Part shown: one piece after another, positions 18,841-28,550 of the stretch
How the letters are laid out: the number at the start of each line of letters is the position of its first letter
Numbering within the stretch: the first letter of the stretch is position 1
Origin: a virus
Taxonomy: Duplodnaviria > Caudoviricetes
Direction: 5' to 3' (one strand)
IMG/VR virus record: IMGVR_UViG_2931714059_000002
Coordinates: 16,218-80,217 of that record
DNA: 64,000 nucleotides
Position numbers and translations under genes: made by a program
Notes under the pieces: generated by a model
Told to the model about the DNA's origin: nothing
The model's input: the letters and a program-made list of their open reading frames with translations, nothing else
Databases searched by the model: none

Positions 18841-18959
18841 AGACCAAGCACCAGACCTGCGCCTTCCCCCGCGAGTGCGGCGCCTGCCAGGGCTGGGGGA
18901 CCGTCGTCGGCCCCAACGGCAAGGGCATCAAGCCCTGCCCGAACGGCTGCAAGAAGTAG
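18837..18959 (+). CDS. 40-aa Cys-rich peptide (DnaJ-like CxxCxGxG zinc knuckle)
   Basis: GGAGG RBS; MKTKHQTCAFPRECGACQGWGTVVGPNGKGIKPCPNGCKK. Confidence 0.7.
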   Translation: MKTKHQTCAFPRECGACQGWGTVVGPNGKGIKPCPNGCKK

Positions 18960-19112
18960 CAGCCCCGCGCCGTCCGGCCCCGCTCCCGGGGCCGGACGGC
19001 CACCCGACCGCCAGCTGTGTAGGCCGCACCCCGCCCCCTCCCTGCCGTGGGGTGCGGTCCACAGAGCCGACGAGAGCCACCACCCCCGACCACGCACGAG
19101 AAAGGGCGCCCG

Positions 19113-20231
19113 ATGGAGCCCGGACAGACCCCCGCCCAGCCGGGCACCGCGCCGGCCGAGAACCCGTACATCAAGTACCGCACCGAGCGGCGCACACGGA
19201 AGGTGTGGCACAGCGAGGACGGCGTCAACTACGAGCTGATCAACGACGACTACGACGTCCGCGTACCCGTTCCGCCCCGGGACAGCGACCTGATCGTCCT
19301 GCGCCTCGTGACCGGCGCGACCATCTTCATGGTCACCGCCGCCCTCGCGTGGTCGACGGCCGGCATTGGTGACCTGCTGTCCATGTCCGTGGCCGCGCCC
19401 ATCGCCTACGCCGCCGCGATCGGATTCGACGCCGCGTGGATGACCTGCATGGGCATCGAGTGGCTCAACCGCTACCGGCCCGAGCGTGCCCGCAAGGCGA
19501 TGATCGCCGGGCACCTGTGCCTCATCGTGTCCATTGCGGCCGTCAGCGCACACGGAGGCATCAAGGTCGGCTCCGCGTGGGTCGCAGTCATCGGCGCCAC
19601 GGTCAGCGTCATCGCGAAAGCGATGTGGATGTTGCTGCTGAGCCACACCGCGCTGGAGCTGGACCCGCGGGCCCGGAAGTGGATGGCGCGGATCGAGGCT
19701 CGGCACGGCTCGCAGCTCGCCATCGCCAGCTGGCAGCGAGGTCTCCACCGCACGCAGGCCCGCCACGCGGCGCTGGTCGCAGCCCTCGGCGTGCCCGGAC
19801 AGCTCCCGGACATGCAGTCCGGGCAGGCGGACAGCCCGATCCCGACCACCGGACAGACCCCGGGCGCACCGGTGCTGACCTCGGCGGACACGCGTCCGGA
19901 CACTGTCCCGGCGCTGTCCGGGCCGGTACCTCCCGTGCCCGCTCCGCAGGTGCCGCAGGTGGCGCAGGTGCCGCAGCCGCTGGGCGCGCCGAGCACTCCC
20001 CCGCCGCCGCCGCCTCCGAACGACGAGCAGGACGAGAACAAGAAGCAGGACCGGGCGGACGAGGTCGTACCGATCGAGCGGGGCAACCTGACCGCCGCCC
20101 TCCGCAAGCTCCTCGCTGCCGGCATCACCGACCCCACCACCGCGCACCGCATGGTCGTGGAGGCCGGCATCACCGACGCCAAGGCGGACACCGTCAGCCG
20201 CACCATGCGCCGCCTCCAGCGGAGCGCCTGA
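19113..20231 (+). CDS. SpdB/DUF2637-like 4-TM membrane protein with Pro-rich linker and C-terminal HTH-like domain
   Basis: AWSTAGIGDLL..AYAAAIGFDAAW..CM.IEW.NRY.P; four hydrophobic segments; resembles Streptomyces plasmid spread proteins. Confidence 0.65.
   Translation: MEPGQTPAQPGTAPAENPYIKYRTERRTRKVWHSEDGVNYELINDDYDVRVPVPPRDSDLIVLRLVTGATIFMVTAALAWSTAGIGDLLSMSVAAPIAYAAAIGFDAAWMTCMGIEWLNRYRPERARKAMIAGHLCLIVSIAAVSAHGGIKVGSAWVAVIGATVSVIAKAMWMLLLSHTALELDPRARKWMARIEARHGSQLAIASWQRGLHRTQARHAALVAALGVPGQLPDMQSGQADSPIPTTGQTPGAPVLTSADTRPDTVPALSGPVPPVPAPQVPQVAQVPQPLGAPSTPPPPPPPNDEQDENKKQDRADEVVPIERGNLTAALRKLLAAGITDPTTAHRMVVEAGITDAKADTVSRTMRRLQRSA
19794..19920. repeat. Dense CGGACA/TGTCCG cluster inside the SpdB-like gene linker
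   Basis: Six CGGACA plus TGTCCG in ~125 bp. Confidence 0.75.
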
Positions 20232-20485
20232 TGCTGCGCCAGCTGCTCGCGCGCCTGCTGCGCCGCCGTTCCTCGGAGGAGCAGCCCACCGTGCGGCTGC
20301 TCCTCCCCGGCCCCCACCAGCCCCAGCCGGACCCCACGCCCGGCCCGCTCCCCGCCCTGCCGCCCGACATCGCGCGGCTCCAGAACCCGGCCCCGGCCGA
20401 TCCGGCCGCCCCCGACCACACCGAGATCGCTGTCCGCCGCATCCTCCGGGACCGCGGCGTACACCCCGGAGGACGCCCCCGATGA
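20231..20485 (+). CDS. Small Pro-rich protein
   Basis: TGATG coupling. Confidence 0.6.
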   Translation: MLRQLLARLLRRRSSEEQPTVRLLLPGPHQPQPDPTPGPLPALPPDIARLQNPAPADPAAPDHTEIAVRRILRDRGVHPGGRPR

Positions 20486-21213
20486 CCACCCACCAGCAGC
20501 AGCCGGGCAACTGGCTGGACGAGCTGTACGACGGGCCCGGCGCCACCCCGCTGGAGTACGCGGCCCGGCCTGCCCTGCCGCCTGGGCCGACCACGAGCAA
20601 CTGCCCGGTCGAGGGGCGCATCATCCCGCCCGCCCCGAACACCCCGCCCGCCACGGCTCCCCCGCCGCCGCGGGCACCCCACCCGGGGCCGGTCGCGCCC
20701 CCCGGCACGCCAGACCTCCCGCCGTGGCGGGTGCCCGACACCCCGCCCGCGCCTCCACCGGCGCCTCCACCGCAGCAGGTGATCGCGCCGGTCGTACTCC
20801 CCGAGAACCTGACCATCGAGCTGCGCTGGGAGGACCCCCCGCCGCCGCCCACGAACTGGCAGAGGTTCAAGACCTGGGTCAAGACCCGGACGCACCCGGT
20901 CAGCACCCTCGCTGGGATCGGGCTGGCGTTCGTGCCGATCCCCGAGGTCGGCTACGGCGCTGCGGCGATCTGGGGCTCTCTCCTCCTGCGGATCCGGGGG
21001 GCAGCGGGCGCCGATTGGGGCTACGCCGCTGCCATCGCCGCCATCGTCGTCGCCTCTGCGTGGGCCTGGTGCATGCGCGATGTCGTGATCGTCCGCATGG
21101 AGTGGCCCCGCGTCCTGCTCACCCGATTCGTCGTCGCCACTGTGGCGGTCGGCGCCCTGTCCGTCATCCACCCCTGGGACCCGATCCAGGGCCTCACCGG
21201 AGTGCCACTGTGA
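20482..21213 (+). CDS. Pro-rich membrane protein (Spd-like operon)
   Basis: GGAGG RBS; Pro-rich N-terminus, 3-4 TM C-terminus. Confidence 0.7.
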   Translation: MTTHQQQPGNWLDELYDGPGATPLEYAARPALPPGPTTSNCPVEGRIIPPAPNTPPATAPPPPRAPHPGPVAPPGTPDLPPWRVPDTPPAPPPAPPPQQVIAPVVLPENLTIELRWEDPPPPPTNWQRFKTWVKTRTHPVSTLAGIGLAFVPIPEVGYGAAAIWGSLLLRIRGAAGADWGYAAAIAAIVVASAWAWCMRDVVIVRMEWPRVLLTRFVVATVAVGALSVIHPWDPIQGLTGVPL

Positions 21214-21728
21214 CCACCGACCAGCTCACCTACGGCGGCGCTGCCGTCGCCATCGGAATCGTCGCCGTCTTTCTGATCTTCTGGTGGGTCAAGGACGACC
21301 ACAAGATCACCAAGGCCCTCGGTATCGCCGCTCTGCTCGCGGTCGGCGCCCTCTTCACGGTGTGCACCGGCGGCCTCCTCGGCGTGGCCGGCGGGGCCGC
21401 GGCGAACGGCACCAACCAGGCCGGTCGCATCGCAGCCGGCGGGACCGGAGCGCTCGACGGCAACATCGCCACCGCGCCCACCCAGCAACTGACGGGCGGC
21501 GCCGCCATCATCCTCGTGGTGCTGCTGGCCGTTTTCGCGATCAACGTCTACCTGGCCAAGAAGTCGCAGGACATGCTCCGCATCGCGCGGAACATCCTTC
21601 TGCCCATCGCCGGTGCCTCGCTCGCGCTCTCGGCTGGAGGCGCCGAATTCCTCAACGACTACCTGTACAGCTGGCTCAACGATTCCGGCCAGCCCCTGGA
21701 CGACTGGCTGAACGGAAGGGAGTCATGA
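21210..21728 (+). CDS. Integral membrane protein (Spd-like operon)
   Basis: GTGA overlap; about four TM segments. Confidence 0.75.
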   Translation: MTTDQLTYGGAAVAIGIVAVFLIFWWVKDDHKITKALGIAALLAVGALFTVCTGGLLGVAGGAAANGTNQAGRIAAGGTGALDGNIATAPTQQLTGGAAIILVVLLAVFAINVYLAKKSQDMLRIARNILLPIAGASLALSAGGAEFLNDYLYSWLNDSGQPLDDWLNGRES

Positions 21729-22711
21729 CCACTATCGGACTGCTCCTCGTTGTCATTGCTCTCGTTACGGCGTTTGCCTTTCAGCGGAAGCTCGTCACTG
21801 CCGTTTCTGTGCGCATCACAGTGGGCGGCGAAATCATCACGCGCAAGTCTCGCCGATCTGTTATCCGCTGGGCCCGGTGCGAGCCAAAGCCGGAAGTGGA
21901 GGAGACAAAGGAAGGCAAGAGGAAGCGCGGCAAGAAGAGCGAAAGCAAGTCCTCGGGAGAGGTCGCGAATTCCAAGTCTGAGGGAATCGCGTCTCCGGCC
22001 AATGCAGCGAACGACGGGGGAGAGGGCGACACCAAGAAAGACCCCGACGAGACCAAGGCCCAGCGCGCCTTTGAAATTACCCTTCGCGTCGCGCTGCTCC
22101 TCGGCCTCACGTATGCCGCATTCCGCGCGCTCGTCGCCTGGCCCTGGATCGCCGTTGTGCTGTCCCTGCTGTGCGGCATCGCCGCGTGGGTGGCCGGCGC
22201 CCCCGACGAGGACCAGGCCGCGGCGAACGACATCGAGGAGCCAGGGGAGCGTGAGATGAGCCCCCGCGAGGAACTGCTGCGCTGGTTCCGCGACACCATC
22301 GGCGAGGACAACGGCATCCACCTCCAGGACGCCTACCCCGCACTGCGCCAAGCCCTCCCCGAGGACAGCCCACCGCAGCAGCTCACCAACCCGGCGCTGC
22401 GGGCCCTCCTCGACCACCACCAGATCCCCATCCGTGAGCGCATGTCAGCGCGGGGCGTGGACGGCCGCACAGGGGTCCACCGCGGGGACGTCGAGGCGGC
22501 TCTGCGGGAGCTGCTCCAGACACTCCCCGCCCCCACCGAGAGCGCCCCCTCTCCTAGCCCCTCTCGGGCCACTCTCGGACCCCTTGACCTGCGGAAATCT
22601 CGGGCGCCGAGAGAGGACGAGAGTGGCCGAGAGAACCGCTCTCGGATGTCCGAGAGCGCCCCCGAGAGGGGCGCCACCCCGGACTTCAGCAGCGGCCTCG
22701 TGCGGATGTGA
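21725..22711 (+). CDS. Membrane protein with cytoplasmic C-terminal domain
   Basis: ATGA overlap; TMs; GIHL..GRTGVHRGD motif. Confidence 0.7.
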   Translation: MTTIGLLLVVIALVTAFAFQRKLVTAVSVRITVGGEIITRKSRRSVIRWARCEPKPEVEETKEGKRKRGKKSESKSSGEVANSKSEGIASPANAANDGGEGDTKKDPDETKAQRAFEITLRVALLLGLTYAAFRALVAWPWIAVVLSLLCGIAAWVAGAPDEDQAAANDIEEPGEREMSPREELLRWFRDTIGEDNGIHLQDAYPALRQALPEDSPPQQLTNPALRALLDHHQIPIRERMSARGVDGRTGVHRGDVEAALRELLQTLPAPTESAPSPSPSRATLGPLDLRKSRAPREDESGRENRSRMSESAPERGATPDFSSGLVRM

Positions 22712-22803
22712 GACCGACGCCACCCCCGTTGTGCACCTCACCGTGCACATCGGGTCGGCGCCGCCATCCACGCTGACATCACACCCTCAACCAGGAGCCA
22801 CGC

Positions 22804-23373
22804 ATGATCACCAAGGCCCTCGAGCGCGTCGCGCTCACCGCCCTCCTCGACACCGCGTTCAGCGCGCTGCACCCAGCGATGGATCACTGGGCGCAGCGCG
22901 GCGAGGACGCACGCCTCAAGGGCCTCGCTGGCCGCCAGCTGGTGCACGCCGACGGCACGCCGGCCACTGGCGAGGACGGCCGACCGACGATGACGGCGTC
23001 CGCGTGCGGGCGTCGGGCCGCGGCCCGACACGTCGCCGGATACACCCTCGGGCAGGTCGTCGGAACGCTGGCCGTGACGCGCGCTCTCGGATATCGCGTA
23101 CCGCCCGGCGCACTTCTTGCCGGAGCCGCGATCAATGCGGTGACGCATTTCGTCATTGACCGGCGCACCCCTCTCCTGTACCTCGCCAAGGCGGCCCGGA
23201 AAGACGGCTACGTCGCTCACTGCGGTGTCGTCCGGAGGGATCCCGAGACGGGCGAATTCAAGAGCGATACTTTCGGGCCCGGAACGGCCGCTATGGAGCT
23301 GGACCAGTCCGCTCACCGATTCATCGGCCTCGGCGCGGCCGTGGTCACCGCAGCTCTCGCTGTACGCCGCTGA
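22804..23373 (+). CDS. Membrane-associated hypothetical protein (H..DHW..H..THF.IDRR..DQS.H)
   Basis: AGGAG RBS; conserved His/Asp pattern resembling DUF3307-type proteins. Confidence 0.7.
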   Translation: MITKALERVALTALLDTAFSALHPAMDHWAQRGEDARLKGLAGRQLVHADGTPATGEDGRPTMTASACGRRAAARHVAGYTLGQVVGTLAVTRALGYRVPPGALLAGAAINAVTHFVIDRRTPLLYLAKAARKDGYVAHCGVVRRDPETGEFKSDTFGPGTAAMELDQSAHRFIGLGAAVVTAALAVRR

Positions 23374-23472
23374 CACTCTGTCGGCTGCCTCCCCCGTCGG
23401 TCACGCACCGGCGGGGCAGAGGGGAGCCGGACAGCAATTCAGCAGACCGGACAGCGAGAAAGGCAGAGGCGA

Positions 23473-23694
23473 ATGGGCTTTTTCGGGAAGAGCAAGAAGG
23501 CCAGTGAAGCGACGCAGACGCATTGGTTCGTGAACGTTCAGACCCGCCGCCCGGACGGAACCCAGGCCGGTTGGGCCGGAATTATCGAGCGGCAGACAGC
23601 GATGACCGCCCAGGAGGCGCGGGACATCGCCGAGGCGCGAGTACGAGCTGAGGCACCGTCGGGGACGGTCATCCTCTCGTCCACCGCCAACTAG
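23473..23694 (+). CDS. Small hypothetical protein
   Basis: GAGG RBS; followed by a hairpin. Confidence 0.65.
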   Translation: MGFFGKSKKASEATQTHWFVNVQTRRPDGTQAGWAGIIERQTAMTAQEARDIAEARVRAEAPSGTVILSSTAN

Positions 23695-23990
23695 CCGCCT
23701 GGGGCGGGCGGCAGCTTCCAGGCACCCGCCCGCCCCAGGCACCCGCCCCAGTACCGCCGTACAGAGAGCAGGACCGCCCATCATGGCAGCGCGCACCATC
23801 ACCGTCGGACGCCGACCTACCTGCTGCGGCAGCCCCATGCGCCCCCACGCTGGGCGCGGTTGGGTCTGCATCGTCAAGGACCACTGACCAACCCGGCACC
23901 GAGATCACGGGCATGCTCTGGCCGGAATCCGGCAGCTAGCCCAACTCGGGCCCCTACCGTACCGATACGCACAGACGAGGAGACCTCACC

Positions 23991-24164
23991 ATGCCGGACA
24001 CCACACCCACCGTGCTGAGCGCCGACGACGCGGAGCAGCTGGCAGCGGCAGCCGACACTGCCGGGCCGCAGGCCGGCCTCATCGTGCAGCAGCTGCTCAA
24101 CGGCCAGCGACTGGGGCAGATCTCTGACGCGACGTGGGGCGATGCCTCCAGCGAGGCACACTGA
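23991..24164 (+). CDS. Small hypothetical protein
   Basis: GAGGAG RBS; TGATG coupling to the next gene. Confidence 0.6.
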   Translation: MPDTTPTVLSADDAEQLAAAADTAGPQAGLIVQQLLNGQRLGQISDATWGDASSEAH

Positions 24165-24577
24165 TGACCGCCCAGGAGACGCAGGTGCTGCTGGCGGACG
24201 ATGTGCAGCGCCTGACCGCCGACCCCGCGATCCCCGCGACGATCCGATCTCTCTTCCTGCTGCTGTGGGAGGGAGAGATGCGGCTCGGTGACATCTTGTC
24301 GGCCGATGTCCGAGACGTGGACATCGCGGCCCACCAGATCCGGGTCGACACCAGCAAGGAGCGCCGAGGACCCTGGTCTGCGCCCATCAGCGACCAGGCA
24401 GCGACGCTGCTGCATCACGTGATCGGAGACCGCACAGCCGGGCCACTGTTCACGGCTCCATCCGGGCGCCCCTTGTCCCGGGACGCCGCTGCGCGCAGTG
24501 CCCAACGGTACGGCTACGGCCTGCACGCATTCAGGCGAGCCGGCCGCGAGCATCGGCTTGCTACCACCGCGCGCTGA
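24164..24577 (+). CDS. Truncated tyrosine-recombinase catalytic-domain protein lacking the nucleophile Tyr
   Basis: LLWEGEMRLGDIL..DVD..SK..GPLF..LHAFR; stops before the H/W and Y residues. Confidence 0.7.
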   Translation: MTAQETQVLLADDVQRLTADPAIPATIRSLFLLLWEGEMRLGDILSADVRDVDIAAHQIRVDTSKERRGPWSAPISDQAATLLHHVIGDRTAGPLFTAPSGRPLSRDAAARSAQRYGYGLHAFRRAGREHRLATTAR

Positions 24578-24644
24578 CACCGAGCCGCAGACCAAGGGGG
24601 GACCGCGTAGCCCGCGGTCCCCCTACTCGCGTTCAGAGGAGCGC

Positions 24645-24664
24645 CCCGTACACGGCGGTACGGT
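24645..24664 (+). promoter_or_regulatory. Late-promoter motif variant
   Basis: CCCGTACACG-GCGG-TACGGT. Confidence 0.5.
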
Positions 24665-24711
24665 CCCCACGGCCGCCCGGAGCGGGCGGCACCCTACGAG
24701 AGGACAGCGCG

Positions 24712-25005
24712 ATGAGTTTGCCGATCGAGATCACCCAGGTCCGTGAGCTGGAGCGGAAGTTCCCCCCGCGGCCGAGCGAGACGCCCACCTACGTACTGAC
24801 GCTGCTCCACCAGCCCAAGAAGGGCACCCCCGTCCACCTCATGACCATGCGGAGCGCCGGCCCGCTCCCCTCCCCCATCGACGGGGAAGACATCGACGTC
24901 CACGGCGAGGCCCTGACCGTCGTCCGCTCCACCCAGGCCATCGGCCGCGACACCAAGACCGGCGCGCCCATCGTGCGCACCGAACTGCTCGTAGACGCCG
25001 CCTAA
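24712..25005 (+). CDS. Hypothetical protein
   Basis: GAGG RBS. Confidence 0.65.
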   Translation: MSLPIEITQVRELERKFPPRPSETPTYVLTLLHQPKKGTPVHLMTMRSAGPLPSPIDGEDIDVHGEALTVVRSTQAIGRDTKTGAPIVRTELLVDAA

Positions 25006-25124
25006 CCACCCCAGGTCACACGCCGGTCACACCCGGCTCATAACGGCCCACGCTCCGCGCACGATCGGGCACGATCCCCCTGCACATACCGTCTCAGCCC
25101 ACCTCAGCAGGGGGATATCCCACG

Positions 25125-25721
25125 ATGACCAGACACCGCGCCACCGCCGCCCTCGCCCTGGCCGCCGCCGTACTCCTCGCCGGCTGCTCCTCGAGCAGCG
25201 ACGACAGCATCAGCGACACCCCGCCCGCCTCGGGCAGCGACACCAACGCCGAGGCCGGCACCGAGCCGGCCGACGACAACGCCCAGCCGGACGGGGCCGC
25301 GGACGGGGACCTCTCCCCGGGCGACACGCACACCTGGGACGACGGTGTGTCACTGACGGTCGGCCAGCTCACCGAGTACACCCCGACTGCGGAGGACGCC
25401 CCGTTCGTGCCGGAGGGCGAGACCCCGTTCATCGCGCCGCTGACGATCGCCAACGGCAGCGCCGAGCCGGTCGACATCGCGGACCTAGCGATCACCGCCG
25501 ACGGCATCACCACCGGCGGCATGCTCACCGGCGTGTACTTCGCCGACGTGACGGACCTGCCGGGCGGCCGGGTCGCCCCCGGCGCCGAGACCACCATCAC
25601 GCTGGCCTGGACGATCGATGAGGCCGCGCACGGCCGGGACGTGGCCATCGCCGCTCTGCGCGTCACCGAAACGATGCCGGCCGCGACGCCGACGTGGTCC
25701 GGGACGATCGCCGCGCCGTAG
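25125..25721 (+). CDS. Lipoprotein (DUF4352-like; possible superinfection exclusion)
   Basis: Signal peptide with lipobox LLAG/C; acidic linker; beta-rich domain. Confidence 0.75.
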   Translation: MTRHRATAALALAAAVLLAGCSSSSDDSISDTPPASGSDTNAEAGTEPADDNAQPDGAADGDLSPGDTHTWDDGVSLTVGQLTEYTPTAEDAPFVPEGETPFIAPLTIANGSAEPVDIADLAITADGITTGGMLTGVYFADVTDLPGGRVAPGAETTITLAWTIDEAAHGRDVAIAALRVTETMPAATPTWSGTIAAP

Positions 25722-25950
25722 CAAGTCCCGATAGGCTGAACCGCAGTGCTCTCGCGCAGGGGGCCTGACCCGGTGCCCCCCGGGGGCAGGCCCAGTGCGA
25801 GATGCGGGTGGGCCCGGCCGATTACATCGCGGTCGGGCCCGCCGCTGTGTCACGGCCGCTACACTCTCCGTATCGCGACAAGGTGGCACCACCCCTCTCG
25901 CGCGCCTGCCCCGCCCACCCCCCGGCGCGGGGCAGGCCCCTCTCCCCCGG

Positions 25951-25971
25951 CCCGTACACGCTCATACCCTG
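25951..25971 (+). promoter_or_regulatory. Late-promoter motif before the terminase small subunit
   Basis: CCCGTACACGCTCATACCCTG. Confidence 0.8.
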
Positions 25972-26004
25972 CTGATCCAGACACCGCAGCAGGGAGGGGG
26001 CGAC

Positions 26005-26508
26005 ATGGCCAGTAAGGCGCAGCGCGACAAGGGCCGGGCCCGCGAGGTGCGCGTGGTCGAGCTGCGGCTCCAAGGATGGGGATTCGAGCAGATCGCCGCC
26101 GAGGTCGGGTACGCCGACCGCGCCGGAGCCCACAAGGCGTTCAGCCGCGCGATGCAGGCGGCGCTGGAGGAGCAGGCCAAGGACCGCAATGAGCTGGCCC
26201 AGGCCGAGCTGGAGCGCCTGGACTGGGTGATCCGCTCCATGTCGCCCGCCCTGGCGATGGGCGACCACCGTGCGGCTCAGGCCATCCTCGGAGCGATCGA
26301 CCGCCGCACCCGCCTCCTCGGCCTGGATGCGCCGCAGCGCGCCGAGGTGACAGTCCACCAGCCACCCGGCAGCGAGGAGGAGCGGCAGCAGCGGCTCGCC
26401 GCCGTGGCTGCCGAGATCATGCGCCGCACGCAGAGCGGCGGGCCGCTGGACGAGGAGAGGCTGCTGTCCGGACCGCGCCCGGACATGCCCGGACAGGGCG
26501 AGTCATGA
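26005..26508 (+). CDS. Terminase small subunit (putative; N-terminal HTH)
   Basis: LRLQGWGFEQIAAEVGY HTH; RRTRLLGLDAP motif; directly upstream of TerL. Confidence 0.75.
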   Translation: MASKAQRDKGRAREVRVVELRLQGWGFEQIAAEVGYADRAGAHKAFSRAMQAALEEQAKDRNELAQAELERLDWVIRSMSPALAMGDHRAAQAILGAIDRRTRLLGLDAPQRAEVTVHQPPGSEEERQQRLAAVAAEIMRRTQSGGPLDEERLLSGPRPDMPGQGES

Positions 26509-28094
26509 GCGCTCTGACCAGGGCGGACAGTGTGTCCGGACAGCAAGACAGCCTCGCGAACATGTCCGACGCCGAGCTGGAGGCCGAGCTGCGCCGGCTG
26601 GCCGCATGGCGGGACCCGGCCACCATGGGCCTGTACCTCAACAGCGACAACCCGGACGTCTTCAAGGTCCGCGCGCACCACCGGCTGATCGCCGCGAGCC
26701 TCGCGCAACTCGGCCCTCAGAACGACAGGTTGCTCGTTATCACCCCACCGCAGGTCGGCAAGTCCACGCTGGTCAGCGAGTTGATGTCCTGGTGGTGGCT
26801 CACCCTCCACCCCCGTGACCGCATCGCCATCACCTCCTACGCGGCCTCGTTGGCGCTGAAGAAGTCGAGGACTGTTCGCCGCTGGGTGGCCGAGCATGGG
26901 CACGAGTTCGGCCTGCGGCTCCAGCCCGGCGACTCCGCCATCTACGACTGGTCACTCACCACCGGCGGCGGTATCCGCGCTGCTGGCGTCGGTGGCTCCC
27001 TCACCGGATTCCCGACCACCGGCGTGGGCATCGTCGACGACCCGCACAAGGACCGCGCCGAGGCGGAGAGCCCGCTGATGCGCACCCGGGTCTGGGAGTG
27101 GTGGTCATCAGTGTTCCTATCTCGGCTGCGGCCGGGCGTGCCCCTAGCGCTGGTCCTCACCCACTGGCATGAGGACGACCTGGCGGGCCGCGTCCTCGCC
27201 CAGGAGGGCCGCGTCGAGGAAGGCGGCCGGTGGCGCGTCGTGCACCTGGAGGCGATCCACACCGGCCTCCACGGGCCCGACCCCATGGGCCGCGCACCGG
27301 GCGAGCCCCTCACTCATCCCGCGATCCCCGACGAGGACCAGGCGGCGCTTACCGCGCACTGGGACGACAAGCGCCGCACCTCCACACCGCGCGACTGGGG
27401 ATCGCTCTACCAGGGCGACCCGAAGCCGGCGGAGGGTGCGCTGCTGACGGCCAACCTGCTCATGGCCCGTCGCTGCCCCAGCCCGGCCGAGGCGCAGCGC
27501 CGCGCCGTGGCCGTGGACCCGTCCGGAGGCGGCCGGGACACCGCCGGCATCATGGCCGGCTACCTCGGTACGGATGAGCGGCTGTACCTAACGCACGACC
27601 GGACCGCGGTCATGTCGTCCGATGCGTGGTCCCGCGCCGCCTGCAAGCTCGCTGCGGAGACCGGGGCGCAGATCATCTACGTGGAGCGCAACTACGGCGG
27701 CGACATGACCACGCTCGCCGTCCGCACCGCGTGGGACGCGCTCCAGCGCGAGGGCGTCATCCCCTCCGACCTGCTGCCGCCCTACGTGCAGCCCGTCACC
27801 GCGCGCACCGGCAAACTGCTGCGCGCGGAGCCGATCGCGCAGCAGTGGCAGGAGGACCGGGTACGGACCGCCGGGGCGGCCGGGCCGCTCGTGGAACTGG
27901 AACAGGAGTGGGCGACGTGGCAGCCCGGCGCCGCCTCCCCCGGCCGGATCGACGCCTCCGTGTACCTCGCCTACGGACTGCTGCGACCCCCGTCGACCGC
28001 ACAGGCCATCAGCTCCCCCGCTGGCATCTCCCTCGCGCAGGCGGCCAGTTCAGGCCGCACCGGCTCCGGTCTCGGCGCTGTGCGGCTGCGGTAG
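26505..28094 (+). CDS. terL: Terminase large subunit
   Basis: Walker A PPQVGKS, Walker B IVDDPHKD, THWHEDDL coupling motif, nuclease VAVDPS. Confidence 0.93.
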   Translation: MSALTRADSVSGQQDSLANMSDAELEAELRRLAAWRDPATMGLYLNSDNPDVFKVRAHHRLIAASLAQLGPQNDRLLVITPPQVGKSTLVSELMSWWWLTLHPRDRIAITSYAASLALKKSRTVRRWVAEHGHEFGLRLQPGDSAIYDWSLTTGGGIRAAGVGGSLTGFPTTGVGIVDDPHKDRAEAESPLMRTRVWEWWSSVFLSRLRPGVPLALVLTHWHEDDLAGRVLAQEGRVEEGGRWRVVHLEAIHTGLHGPDPMGRAPGEPLTHPAIPDEDQAALTAHWDDKRRTSTPRDWGSLYQGDPKPAEGALLTANLLMARRCPSPAEAQRRAVAVDPSGGGRDTAGIMAGYLGTDERLYLTHDRTAVMSSDAWSRAACKLAAETGAQIIYVERNYGGDMTTLAVRTAWDALQREGVIPSDLLPPYVQPVTARTGKLLRAEPIAQQWQEDRVRTAGAAGPLVELEQEWATWQPGAASPGRIDASVYLAYGLLRPPSTAQAISSPAGISLAQAASSGRTGSGLGAVRLR

Positions 28095-28109
28095 ACGCCC
28101 GGGGAGCTG

Positions 28110-28130
28110 CCCGTACACGCACATACCCTG
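28110..28130 (+). promoter_or_regulatory. Late-promoter motif (leaderless start at 28137)
   Basis: CCCGTACACGCACATACCCTG; GTG 7 nt after TACCCT, no RBS. Confidence 0.85.
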
Positions 28131-28136
28131 CCGTCT

Positions 28137-28532
28137 GTGAGCACCGCAGACATCTACCTCATCGTCACCGGAGTCCTCAGCATCGGCGCCGCCGCCCGGC
28201 TGACGCGGCTCGTCGTCGACGACACCATCACCGCGCCGATCCGGGACGCCATCACCACGCGGGGCGATACCCGCGGCGGCACCTGGGCGTGGGCGAGCAA
28301 GCTCGTCAGCTGTACGTGGTGCGCGTCGATCTGGGTCACGGCTGGCGTCGGCGCCGCGCACTGGCTGGCCGGGGACACCCGCCTCTACCTGTACGTAGCC
28401 GCAGGGCTGACGATCGCCTACATCGTGCCGCTCGCTCGGGATTGGCTGGACGCTCCGCCTCCGGTCCGGCAGGTCGAGGTAGCGCCGCTCCAGGTGACGC
28501 ACCAGCACGTCATCACCGACCGTCGCCGCTGA
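28137..28532 (+). CDS. DUF1360-like membrane protein
   Basis: RLTRLVVDDTITAPIR..LVSCTWCASIW. Confidence 0.8.
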   Translation: MSTADIYLIVTGVLSIGAAARLTRLVVDDTITAPIRDAITTRGDTRGGTWAWASKLVSCTWCASIWVTAGVGAAHWLAGDTRLYLYVAAGLTIAYIVPLARDWLDAPPPVRQVEVAPLQVTHQHVITDRRR

Positions 28533-28550
28533 GCGGGGAGAGGAGCACTC

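Noticed and set aside
28475-28486. 12-nt match (CGAGGTAGCGCC) to the 33-nt spacer
   Set aside because: Short, PAM-distal and within chance expectation; not evidence of self-targeting.
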